From IMG/VR virus record IMGVR_UViG_3300028569_000039, positions 1 to 61,329 of that record: DNA of 61,329 bases, one strand, 5' to 3'. The notes under the pieces are model-generated. The model did no database searches and was not told where the DNA came from. It saw only the letters and a program-made list of their open reading frames with translations. The position numbers and the translations under genes were made by a program. This stretch comes from a virus. Its lineage: Duplodnaviria > Caudoviricetes. Of this stretch, positions 36,227 to 44,918 are shown piece by piece. How positions within the stretch are numbered: the stretch's first letter is position 1; every line of letters starts with the position of its first letter.

Positions 36227-36460
36227 GTGAACATGCAAGAACTTTTTAACATTGCCATACCGATTATCTGTGGCGTGCTTGGTTGGTTTTGCCGCGAGCT
36301 TTGGACCGCTGTTCAGGAGCTCAAAGAGGACTTAGCAAAACTAAGAACCGAGCTACCAACGCACTATGTCTCTAAGGACGACTTCAACGACCGCTGGAAC
36401 GAGGTACTAAAAGCCCTTCATCGTATTGAAGATAAGTTAGATAAAAAGGTGGATCGTTGA
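36227..36460 (+). CDS. Putative holin/antiholin (1 TM + coiled coil)
   Basis: Single TM, directly before the endolysin. Confidence 0.5.
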   Translation: MNMQELFNIAIPIICGVLGWFCRELWTAVQELKEDLAKLRTELPTHYVSKDDFNDRWNEVLKALHRIEDKLDKKVDR

Positions 36461-36927
36461 TTGACCGCAAGAAGGTGGCGGCCATTGCGTTATCTGCCGC
36501 AGCCTTAGTTGGGATCGTGGCGCATGAGGGATACAGTGACGTGGCATACATTCCAGTACCAGGTGATGTGCCTACAATTGGTTTTGGCACCACTGGTAAT
36601 GTAAAGCTAGGTGACAGGACAAACCCTATACGGGCGCTTGACCGTGCGCTGACTGACATACATAAGTTTGAGGGCGCGCTAAAAGAATGCGTCAAGGTGC
36701 CACTAAGCCAGAACGAGTACGATGCGTATATTAGCCTGTCGTACAACATCGGCAGCAACGCATTCTGCAACAGCAGCCTAGTTAAAAAATTAAACACAGA
36801 AGACTATGCTGGCGCATGCAAGGAAATACTGCGCTGGGATAAGTTCCAAGGTAAGCCGCTCGCTGGTCTGACAAAGCGTAGGCAAGACGAATACAAGAGG
36901 TGCATAGATGCTGGATCTAATAGCTAG
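36457..36927 (+). CDS. SAR endolysin, GH24 lysozyme
   Basis: Ala-rich SAR N-terminus, HEG...PTIGFGTT, YNIG, GLTKRRQDE. Confidence 0.88.
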   Translation: MIDRKKVAAIALSAAALVGIVAHEGYSDVAYIPVPGDVPTIGFGTTGNVKLGDRTNPIRALDRALTDIHKFEGALKECVKVPLSQNEYDAYISLSYNIGSNAFCNSSLVKKLNTEDYAGACKEILRWDKFQGKPLAGLTKRRQDEYKRCIDAGSNS

Positions 36928-37324
36928 TCCAATTTATAAGATACTCGCCGCAGTTGCCGCAGTGTCGCTGATATTTTTTGCCGGGTACTACAAGGGCTAC
37001 ATTGGCGAGCGGGATAAGCTGGTCCAGTTTAAGGCCCAGGTAGAGGCCCAGGCCAAATCACAGGCACAGATCAATAAGGCCGCCGCTGAAAAGCAGGCCG
37101 CCGTAACGCAGGGAATTGTAAATGAATATAAAGCTAGGCTTACTAATTTGCGCAATCTTTCTAACCGGCTGCCAGACCCTGGTACCGGCGCAGTGCCCGC
37201 CGTACCCGCAAGCCCCCAAGGAGCTTTTAAAGCCCCCTCCTACCCAGTATTTACTGGACAATGCCTTGAAACAACCTTGATGTTAACCACACTACAAGAA
37301 TGGGTAAAGTCAGTATCTAACTGA
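36908..37324 (+). CDS. Rz-like inner-membrane spanin
   Basis: N-terminal TM plus coiled coil after the endolysin. Contains an embedded lipoprotein ORF. Confidence 0.75.
   Translation: MLDLIASPIYKILAAVAAVSLIFFAGYYKGYIGERDKLVQFKAQVEAQAKSQAQINKAAAEKQAAVTQGIVNEYKARLTNLRNLSNRLPDPGTGAVPAVPASPQGAFKAPSYPVFTGQCLETTLMLTTLQEWVKSVSN
37122..37280 (+). CDS. Rz1-like outer-membrane spanin embedded in Rz (not in ORF track)
   Basis: MNIKLGLLICAIFLTG-C lipobox followed by a Pro-rich mature peptide in another frame. Confidence 0.8.
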   Translation: MNIKLGLLICAIFLTGCQTLVPAQCPPYPQAPKELLKPPPTQYLLDNALKQP

Positions 37325-37326
37325 TG

Positions 37327-37339
37327 TTTGTATTATTAT
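37327..37339 (+). promoter_or_regulatory. Phage promoter core without GGGCG (second lysozyme)
   Basis: TTTGTATTATTAT 21 bp before the ATG. Confidence 0.7.
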
Positions 37340-37360
37340 ATACAAACGTACGGAGGAAAG

Positions 37361-37870
37361 ATGATCCAATTTATCGTGGTATGGCTGGTTGTGTTCGCCA
37401 TCATATTTAACAGCGTCCAGAGCAGCCCAGAGCAGCCCTTTGAGTGGGTAGCGGAGTCAACGCTCCAGCTCATAGAAAACTTTGAGGGAAAGCGCCACAC
37501 AGCCTATCGAGACAGCCAGGGTAACTGGACGATCGGGGTGGGGCACCTAATCAAGCGTGAGACGCGTCATTTGCTGCATACAGAGCTTTCCGAGGAGCAG
37601 GTAAGGGGTATCCTACACCGAGACCTAGAAAAGTGCTCTACGGCCCTGCAAACGTCTCTAAACGTGTCTGTTACCAGACTACAAGCCGACGCATTGCACA
37701 GCCTCTGCCATAACATCGGACCAGACAATATGCGACGGTCTGACGTAGTAAAGCACCTCAACGCTGGAGATCCTGAAAAGGCGGCCCAGGCGTTTATGAA
37801 CTGGGCTAACCCACCAGAGCTACGAAAGCGCAGAAAGGCTGAAAAAGCACTGTTCTTAGCAGGCACATAG
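37361..37870 (+). CDS. Second GH24 lysozyme with N-terminal signal/TM
   Basis: GGAGG RBS, E-x8-D-x5-T (FEGKRHTAYRDSQGNWTIG), RRKAEKALFL. Confidence 0.85.
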   Translation: MIQFIVVWLVVFAIIFNSVQSSPEQPFEWVAESTLQLIENFEGKRHTAYRDSQGNWTIGVGHLIKRETRHLLHTELSEEQVRGILHRDLEKCSTALQTSLNVSVTRLQADALHSLCHNIGPDNMRRSDVVKHLNAGDPEKAAQAFMNWANPPELRKRRKAEKALFLAGT

Positions 37871-37901
37871 GGCGTTTTAGGCCCTTTCTTTGTATTATTA
37901 T
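37870..37901 (+). promoter_or_regulatory. Phage promoter GGGCG-N14-TTTGTATTATTAT
   Basis: Exact consensus. Confidence 0.8.
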
Positions 37902-37950
37902 ATATAGGACTGATCATCCTTTTTAACCATTACAACCTATAGGAAACACC

Positions 37951-38649
37951 ATGGAAGACTTCAAAAAAATCATTAAGATGAAAACTGGCGGCTCGGTAGA
38001 CAAGGCCATTGAGGCATACGAGAAGCGCGAGCGCAAGACTAAGGTTTCCGACGACATTGCACAAGACAAGACAGTCGTTAAAAAGGGTGTTAAGCAGCAC
38101 GAAGAAAACCTGCACAAGGGTCAACCAAAGACTGAACTTAAGCTCAAGACCGGCGGTCGTGCTAAGAAAGAAGGCGGCTGCGTTGGTCGTTATAAGACCG
38201 GCGGCACTGTAGAGAACGCATACGGCACACCTAAAACAAAAAAAGACATTAAGGACATCGCCAATACAAAACGCCAAAAGGCTAAGAAGATGCAAATGGG
38301 CGGCATGACTGGCCCAGCGGCAGCCGGCCCTATGGCAGCAACTCCCTCAGCACCAATGGGTCAAGGCCAGATGACTGAGTTAGAGAAGCGCCGTATGATG
38401 GAAAAGATGAAGCGCGCCAAAATGCTTGACCCAGCGCAACAAAGCGAATTGATTAAGCAGTCCCCTGCAGCCGCAGGTTTGGTTCCTCCCCCAGCTGGTC
38501 AATATAAAAAAGGCGGCAAAATTAAAAAGTGTGCAGAAGGCGGCTCGTTGAAAGACGTTGACGCTAGCGAGAATCCAGGTCTGTCTAAGTTACCTACAAA
38601 TGTTCGTAACAAGATGGGTTACGCCAAAAAGGGCGGGAAGGTCTGCTAA
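37951..38649 (+). CDS. Lys-rich protein with eight xxxGGxV motifs
   Basis: [55 protein letters not shown]. Confidence 0.75.
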   Translation: MEDFKKIIKMKTGGSVDKAIEAYEKRERKTKVSDDIAQDKTVVKKGVKQHEENLHKGQPKTELKLKTGGRAKKEGGCVGRYKTGGTVENAYGTPKTKKDIKDIANTKRQKAKKMQMGGMTGPAAAGPMAATPSAPMGQGQMTELEKRRMMEKMKRAKMLDPAQQSELIKQSPAAAGLVPPPAGQYKKGGKIKKCAEGGSLKDVDASENPGLSKLPTNVRNKMGYAKKGGKVC

Positions 38650-38816
38650 TGCCGATCAAGTCTAAGGCACAACAAGGCGCGATGTACGCCGCGGCCGCTG
38701 GCAAGAGCACCCTTGGCATCCCTAAGAAGGTTGGCAAGGAGTTTGTCAAGGCAGGCCCAGCGTCCAGCAAACTACCCAATAAAGTACAAAAGCGAGCCGC
38801 GGGCCGCGGAAGGTAA
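38649..38816 (+). CDS. Small basic protein, 55 aa (not in ORF track)
   Basis: [35 protein letters not shown]... TAATG coupling. Confidence 0.7.
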   Translation: MPIKSKAQQGAMYAAAAGKSTLGIPKKVGKEFVKAGPASSKLPNKVQKRAAGRGR

Positions 38817-38818
38817 CT

Positions 38819-39898
38819 GTGGCATACTCCGGCACATATAATCAGACTAAGGTCAATGTAGATCAGCTTATTTCCTATGCGTTTCGCGACGCAGGAAAGA
38901 CCTCGGAAGAGATGACCCCTGAGTATGTACAAGCCGCTAAACAGGCGCTTTTTTACATCCTGCAGACCTCTGTCAACCGTGGTATCAACATTTGGCTGCA
39001 AGAAGTTGTTGTCCTTGGCGCACAGACTAACCAGCAGGTACTGCCCATGCCGGCTAACTGCGTGGACGTACTGGAGGCAAACTGGATCTACATTGTAAAT
39101 CCATCCTTCTCCAGCACACTACCAACAAGCAATCCAAACGTCGCTTCGTTGTTTGACCAGTCTGGAAACGCAGACCTAAACCAATTTGCAACCACAACGC
39201 TAGGCGCCAACTTCTTCGGCGCGGCGTACTCACAAGCTACGAGGTTATTCTATGTGGGATTTAATGCCTATGCTCCTGGTGGGTCTGCTACTTATAATCT
39301 TGATTTCCAGGTAAGCAACGACGGTATCACCTGGACGACGTGGGAGTCATTTCCCGCAGTAACCCTAAAAGACCGCGAGTGGAAATACTATGGTATCAAC
39401 ACCACGCAGGCGTTTAACTTCTACAGGCTAAACAACCGCACCGGTGGCTCTACGTTCTCATTGCGTGCGATTCAGTTTGCTCAGTCGCAGCAAGTCATTC
39501 CGATGGCAAGACTTAATCGTACCGACTACTTTTCACTGCCAAACAAACAGTTCCCAAGCGAGCGTACGCTACAGTATTGGTTCAATCGTCAGATCGACCC
39601 GGAGATGTATCTGTGGCCCGTACCAAACAATAACTTTCAAGCGTTCTCTTTGATTCTTGAGTGCCAACCACAAGACGTCGGTTCGCTAACAAATGAGCTG
39701 TACATGCCAGACCGCGCATTGCCTTACTTCCAAGCAGCCTTGTCACACAAGCTGGCTATGCAGCTGCCTGGTTCAGATTTAAACCGAGTACAGTACCTGG
39801 AAAAATTAGCGCTAGACGCTCGCACGCAGTTTGAAGAAGAGGACAGAGACCGCAGTCCTATATACCTGCAACCAAATATTTCTTATTATAGCCGATGA
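38819..39898 (+). CDS. Head-tail adaptor-like protein with a possible discoidin-like insertion
   Basis: NRGINIW, NRTDYFSLPNK, YLWPVP. Internal FQVSNDGITWT...FNFYRL. Confidence 0.55.
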   Translation: MAYSGTYNQTKVNVDQLISYAFRDAGKTSEEMTPEYVQAAKQALFYILQTSVNRGINIWLQEVVVLGAQTNQQVLPMPANCVDVLEANWIYIVNPSFSSTLPTSNPNVASLFDQSGNADLNQFATTTLGANFFGAAYSQATRLFYVGFNAYAPGGSATYNLDFQVSNDGITWTTWESFPAVTLKDREWKYYGINTTQAFNFYRLNNRTGGSTFSLRAIQFAQSQQVIPMARLNRTDYFSLPNKQFPSERTLQYWFNRQIDPEMYLWPVPNNNFQAFSLILECQPQDVGSLTNELYMPDRALPYFQAALSHKLAMQLPGSDLNRVQYLEKLALDARTQFEEEDRDRSPIYLQPNISYYSR

Positions 39899-40434
39899 GC
39901 ACTTCTTTATATTGGATTCGGTGCAAAGACCACACTGATATGTTTAGTCAGGGGTATGTTGGCGTATCTAAAAATACAGAAGCGCGTTTTCAAAGGCACA
40001 GTAAATATTCGGACAACCAACATTTAAAAGCCGCAATTAAAAAATATGGCTGGAACAATTTAGTAAAACAAATTGTTTTAATTGGTGAAGAAAAATACTG
40101 CTATGATTTAGAAACAAAAATTAGGCCTACTAGACAAATTGGATGGAACATTGCTGAAGGTGGCGCTAAACCCCCAATTACACAGTGTCGCGGCGCTGAA
40201 TATATAAGTCCTTTAAAAGGTGTCGCAAGACCAACCCCCTGGGCTATTGGCAGAGTAAAAACCGACGAAGAACGTAAAAAGTTATCTGACGTTAAAAAAG
40301 TAAAAGTAAAATACCAAAGTGTTATTTACAATAGCTTTGAAGACCTTGCTAAATATTTGAATATTAAGTATTCAACATTGACAAATAGGATTTATAGAAA
40401 TGCTGTTAAATACGGCTATGAGGTATTAAAATGA
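39895..40434 (+). CDS. GIY-YIG homing endonuclease
   Basis: SLYWI...GYVGVS...RFQRH...GWNIAEGG, NUMOD-like EERKKLS. AT-rich and inserted between tail genes. Confidence 0.75.
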   Translation: MSTSLYWIRCKDHTDMFSQGYVGVSKNTEARFQRHSKYSDNQHLKAAIKKYGWNNLVKQIVLIGEEKYCYDLETKIRPTRQIGWNIAEGGAKPPITQCRGAEYISPLKGVARPTPWAIGRVKTDEERKKLSDVKKVKVKYQSVIYNSFEDLAKYLNIKYSTLTNRIYRNAVKYGYEVLK

Positions 40435-41051
40435 CTACAGCATATATCCAAACGTATGATAATCTGGTGCTTGACGTTCAGCGGTACATGGAGCGTGATG
40501 ATCCGGGTTTTATAGCACAGATTCCAAGCCTGATTGGTTTGGCAGAGTCTGCCATTGCGGCAGAATTAAAGACGCTACTGCAGCTGACCGTGGTAGAGAC
40601 AACGCTAGCACAGAACCAAGTCATTCTGCAAAAGCCTGCGCGTTGGAGAAAGACGGTATCGTTAAAAGTAAACGGAGCCCCGATTGTGATGCGCTCGCAA
40701 GATTATATTGCGATGTATCAATCTGAGTCTACTGCAGCAACGCCTAAGTTCTACGCGGAGTACGACTACAATAACTGGGCTATTGCTCCAGCACCCAGTG
40801 CAGCCGCCTCTGTAGAGATTATTTACTACAGCGAAATCCAACCCCTAGACTCAACAAACCAGACCAACTTGTTCACCAGAGAGTGCCCGCAGGCCATGCT
40901 ATTTGGTACGTTATTACAAGCCCAGGGATACTTAAAGGCCTTAGACAAGTTGCCAGTTTGGAAGTCATACTACACAGACGCAATCGGCGCGCTCAAAAAA
41001 GAAGATAACAGCCGCAGGATTGACCGAAATACTACGGTACAGGAACCTTAA
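40431..41051 (+). CDS. Tail tubular/adaptor protein
   Basis: TYDNL...IGLAE...PKFYA...IAPAP...LFGTLLQA, synteny. Confidence 0.6.
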   Translation: MTTAYIQTYDNLVLDVQRYMERDDPGFIAQIPSLIGLAESAIAAELKTLLQLTVVETTLAQNQVILQKPARWRKTVSLKVNGAPIVMRSQDYIAMYQSESTAATPKFYAEYDYNNWAIAPAPSAAASVEIIYYSEIQPLDSTNQTNLFTRECPQAMLFGTLLQAQGYLKALDKLPVWKSYYTDAIGALKKEDNSRRIDRNTTVQEP

Positions 41052-41054
41052 AAT

Positions 41055-42317
41055 ATGCCAACATTTACATCGCCGTTTACTGGCACCGTTGTCCAGCCAA
41101 CAGACGTATCGTACTATTCGCTTAGCTTTAGCGCAAACGTACAGCTCTTTTGGCCAGCCGTTGTAAACCCAACGCAAGTCCCGGCCGCGCGTATTATTGA
41201 CGCAACGCCTTCTGTTGCCAGCTTAATTATTACACTGCCAGAGGCAAACCAAGGTACCACTGGCGCGGATATTTTAATCCGTAACTTTGGTGCTGTTGCG
41301 TTTACTGTTCAAAATTTTGGAGGCACGGGATCGGTTTCAGTTCCCGCAGGCGTATCTAAATACTTCTATCTATCTAATAATTCAACTTCTGCGGGTGTTT
41401 GGCAGAATGTTACATTTGGCGCTGGAACATCATCGGCGGATGCCGCCTCATTAGCTGGCCTTGGTTTAGTGGCGCTTGCCGGCAAACTAAATGCCACACA
41501 AAATATTATTGAGGTATCCTCCCCGCCCACAATTACCGATAATAGCCGCGCCAGCACATTTGTCTGGACTTCTGGCAATAACACTATTAACCTGCCAACG
41601 GCAACTAGCCTAACAAGTGGCTGGTTTATTGCGTTTAGAAACAGCGGTACCGGCACACTAACATTTACACCGCAGGGCACGTCTTTAATTAACGGTGGTG
41701 CAACCCTAGGTATAAACCCGGGAGAGTCTGGTTTTATTATGTTTCAACAGTCAACCAACAACTTCTTTACCGTTGGTTTGGCAATACCATCAAATGTAAC
41801 ATTTACATCCGCATCATACGACGTGGATTCAATTGTTGGCAACACGTTTAGTCTTGTTTCATACGCGCCAATTATTCAGACGTATGTCGCGCTATCGGGC
41901 ACACGCTCAGCTACTTTGGCTGTTACCCTTCCAGCCACGACGCAACTGTACGTGTTGGTTAACGACACGGGTCAGCCAACATACAACGTCACGTTTCAAG
42001 TATCCGGCAGCCTGCAGACGCCGATCAGTTTAACCGACGGCTCAATTGCCTTGGTACTAAGCGACGGTAACTTTTTATATGTTATTAGCCAAACGACAAC
42101 AAACGTATTCCTTGGAATTAATGGATCTGCCGCGGCACCATCACATTCGTTTATTAGCAACACGAACACGGGCATGTATTTAGTTGGAACTAATGTGCTT
42201 GGATTATCGGCCAACTCAGCTAACATGTTAAGGCTTGATAATACCAACACGCTAAGTCCGCAGGTATCAACACCGGCAACATTTAACGCAGGATTAATTG
42301 GTGGCGGTACGTTCTAA
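41055..42317 (+). CDS. Tail/fibre-associated structural protein
   Basis: Beta-rich, GSAAAPSHSF...TGMY fibre motif. Confidence 0.6.
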   Translation: MPTFTSPFTGTVVQPTDVSYYSLSFSANVQLFWPAVVNPTQVPAARIIDATPSVASLIITLPEANQGTTGADILIRNFGAVAFTVQNFGGTGSVSVPAGVSKYFYLSNNSTSAGVWQNVTFGAGTSSADAASLAGLGLVALAGKLNATQNIIEVSSPPTITDNSRASTFVWTSGNNTINLPTATSLTSGWFIAFRNSGTGTLTFTPQGTSLINGGATLGINPGESGFIMFQQSTNNFFTVGLAIPSNVTFTSASYDVDSIVGNTFSLVSYAPIIQTYVALSGTRSATLAVTLPATTQLYVLVNDTGQPTYNVTFQVSGSLQTPISLTDGSIALVLSDGNFLYVISQTTTNVFLGINGSAAAPSHSFISNTNTGMYLVGTNVLGLSANSANMLRLDNTNTLSPQVSTPATFNAGLIGGGTF

Positions 42318-44452
42318 TGGCCGGAGAAAACAAGCTACCAGATCAGTTTAATCTGGTCTATACGCTTGGCGTGCAGCCAGGTATAAAACGAGACGGCACC
42401 GTATTTGAATCACGCGAGTTTAGTGATGGAGAATGGTGTCGTTTTCAGCGTGGTACGCCTAAGAAAATGGGCGGGTACCGCGAGCTGTTTGCAACGTTCA
42501 CTGGCATCCCCCGTGGCATGATTACCAATTCGTTTAATGGTGTTAACTATGTATTTGTTGGTAACGAATACGGTTTAGAAGTATTTACAACAGGTACTAC
42601 GTTTGGTGTTGGCAGCGGCCCGCTTACTGTAAATATTTTACCTGGCTACGCACCGTTCACATTAGTATCCAATACCGTTAGTCAGTTTGTTGTAGCAACT
42701 GATGTTACCGCAGCGTTCCCCGCTGGCATGAAAGTTATCTTTAATAATAGCGCTGCTACACAAACAACAGTAATTAGTTCATCGTACACAGCACCAAATA
42801 CTACAGTAATTGTAACTACATCAAGCATTGTTGGATCGCCAACAACGGTGTCGTTGTATGATCAAACATATACGCCGGATCCAAATTTGTTATGGCAGTT
42901 TGACTTACAATATTCGCCTGCGGGCGGATCGTTGCAAGTGTTAGCGCACCCAGGTCAAAACCTAGTAAACATTGACAACGCTATTCAGACCCAAGTACTA
43001 ATAGGCGGGTTGCTACCAAATGCTTCTAACCAGTGGAATTTTCAAGGATTGGCAGACACTGGCGGGCAAAATCCAACCTATCGCCCAATCATGGTGGACG
43101 GCGGCGTCTGTGTATTGTACCCATTCACGTTTGTGTATGGATCGGATGGGTTTATTGCCAACAACAACGTCGACACCAATACAACATTAACAACATACAA
43201 CCAGCAGACAATTACAGACTGGAACGGAGCGACCTCTAACCAGGTCAACATGGCCCCGTCTAAGATCGTAAAGGGCATACCAGTCAGGGGTGGTACTAAC
43301 TCACCGTCCGGATTATTTTGGGCAACGGATAGTTTAATTCGTGTCTCGTTCACTGGCGCCGCGCCCTTGTACTGGCGTTACGATATTATTTCTAGCCAGA
43401 TCTCTACAATATCATCCTCTTGCTTTGTTGAGTCGGATGGCATTTTTTACTGGATGGGTGTTGACCGTTTTTACCAATACAACGGTGCGGTCTCTGTACT
43501 GCCAAATGATAAGAACGTAAACTGGCTATTTGATAACCTCAATTTTGTACAACGCCAAAAGGTATGGGCTACTAAGGTACCTCGGTATAATGAGATCTGG
43601 TTTTTTTATCCCCGTGGTGATGCAACGGAATGCACTGACGCCATTATCTATAATGTCAAAGATAAAATCTGGTACGACGCCGGTAGCGCGGTTGGTTCAC
43701 GCAGGTCGTGTGGATACACCACAGAAGTATTCCCCACACCAATCTGGGCTGGTTGGGAGGACATTAATACATTTAGCACACCGTTTACTGTAATTAGTAG
43801 ACCCGCCAGCCAGCCAGCTTTAAACGCTAACCAAATTTATTTAAGCGGCGATGTGTCAATTACATTTGGTGCTGGCGATTATATTGCCACATCAAATGGC
43901 AACAACCCGACGGTGTACAAGGTAGTAACTAGCCAGTTTATATTTACGTCCGCTGTAACGGCAACTAACCCAGGGGGTGTGACATTAATTACGGTAGACC
44001 GAAATTTTAATCCCGCGCTTGTTGCAGGTAATTTGGTGTACTACATTGAGGGCGGCTATCCACTCTGGCAGCATGAGTTTGGTACAAACGCAATCACGTT
44101 TAACCAAGAGTTTGCAATTACTTCAAGTATTACAACCTGCGACATTAGCTGGGTAGGCGGGATACCATCTCAAGACACCCCCACCGGCGTTAATCGACGG
44201 ATGCACCTAAGACGTGTTGAGCCGGACTTTGTACAGACTGGCACGATGGGACTAACTATTTTAGGCCGTAAGTTTGCCCGCGGTGCCTCAGAAATTTCTG
44301 GCCCGTTTTACTTTGACCCAGACACTGGTAAAATTGACCTGCGCGTAGAGCACCGTGAGGTCCGCCTTAAGTTTGAGTCCAACGTGCTTGACGGTAACTT
44401 TGAGATGGGGCGCCTGCTAATTACAGCAGAGTACGGTGACGAGAGACCGTGA
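42317..44452 (+). CDS. Tail tube/nozzle protein (P22 gp10-like, inferred)
   Basis: Size, synteny, FYWMGVDRFYQYNG, NEIWFFYP. Confidence 0.6.
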   Translation: MAGENKLPDQFNLVYTLGVQPGIKRDGTVFESREFSDGEWCRFQRGTPKKMGGYRELFATFTGIPRGMITNSFNGVNYVFVGNEYGLEVFTTGTTFGVGSGPLTVNILPGYAPFTLVSNTVSQFVVATDVTAAFPAGMKVIFNNSAATQTTVISSSYTAPNTTVIVTTSSIVGSPTTVSLYDQTYTPDPNLLWQFDLQYSPAGGSLQVLAHPGQNLVNIDNAIQTQVLIGGLLPNASNQWNFQGLADTGGQNPTYRPIMVDGGVCVLYPFTFVYGSDGFIANNNVDTNTTLTTYNQQTITDWNGATSNQVNMAPSKIVKGIPVRGGTNSPSGLFWATDSLIRVSFTGAAPLYWRYDIISSQISTISSSCFVESDGIFYWMGVDRFYQYNGAVSVLPNDKNVNWLFDNLNFVQRQKVWATKVPRYNEIWFFYPRGDATECTDAIIYNVKDKIWYDAGSAVGSRRSCGYTTEVFPTPIWAGWEDINTFSTPFTVISRPASQPALNANQIYLSGDVSITFGAGDYIATSNGNNPTVYKVVTSQFIFTSAVTATNPGGVTLITVDRNFNPALVAGNLVYYIEGGYPLWQHEFGTNAITFNQEFAITSSITTCDISWVGGIPSQDTPTGVNRRMHLRRVEPDFVQTGTMGLTILGRKFARGASEISGPFYFDPDTGKIDLRVEHREVRLKFESNVLDGNFEMGRLLITAEYGDERP

Positions 44453-44700
44453 GTATCCAGACATTTTTTCCAATCAACCCAGAGTATATGACATGGGAGG
44501 ATTGGAACGGCAACTTCTTACATTACTTTGGCGAAGAGCCAGTTATGTACAGTACCGAGGACAACTGGAAACTGGTTGCTAAAAATATTAGCCAATTGAC
44601 CACATTTGAGAGCTACCCCGTCCCGGACCCAGATACATTTGAGACGTGGCAAGAGTGGGCTTCGGCGCTTAGCTTTATTTTAAATGGTCCAACTCAATAA
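44449..44700 (+). CDS. Hypothetical protein
   Basis: ORF track, coupled. Confidence 0.65.
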   Translation: MSIQTFFPINPEYMTWEDWNGNFLHYFGEEPVMYSTEDNWKLVAKNISQLTTFESYPVPDPDTFETWQEWASALSFILNGPTQ

Positions 44701-44703
44701 ATA

Positions 44704-44735
44704 GGGCGCTAAGTGCCCTTTTTTTGTATTATTAT
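44704..44735 (+). promoter_or_regulatory. Phage promoter GGGCG-N14-TTTGTATTATTAT overlapping a hairpin-U tract
   Basis: Exact consensus. GGGCGCT-A-AGTGCCC-T7. Confidence 0.8.
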
Positions 44736-44768
44736 ATATAGAAGCAAACTAACCCAACAGGAGCTAAA

Positions 44769-44918
44769 ATGCACGGACAACAGACAATGAAGTACCTCAA
44801 CGACAAAGCGGTAGCTGACGCTATGCTCAAAAAGCGTGAGACTGCAGAGATTGATCCAGCGTTTGAAAAGGCAGTACAAGAAGCCCTCGCAGCCCGCGCT
44901 AAAAACATTACTGAGTAA
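44769..44918 (+). CDS. Hypothetical protein, 49 aa (not in ORF track)
   Basis: AGGAG RBS. MHGQQTMKYLNDKAVADAMLKK... Confidence 0.65.
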   Translation: MHGQQTMKYLNDKAVADAMLKKRETAEIDPAFEKAVQEALAARAKNITE

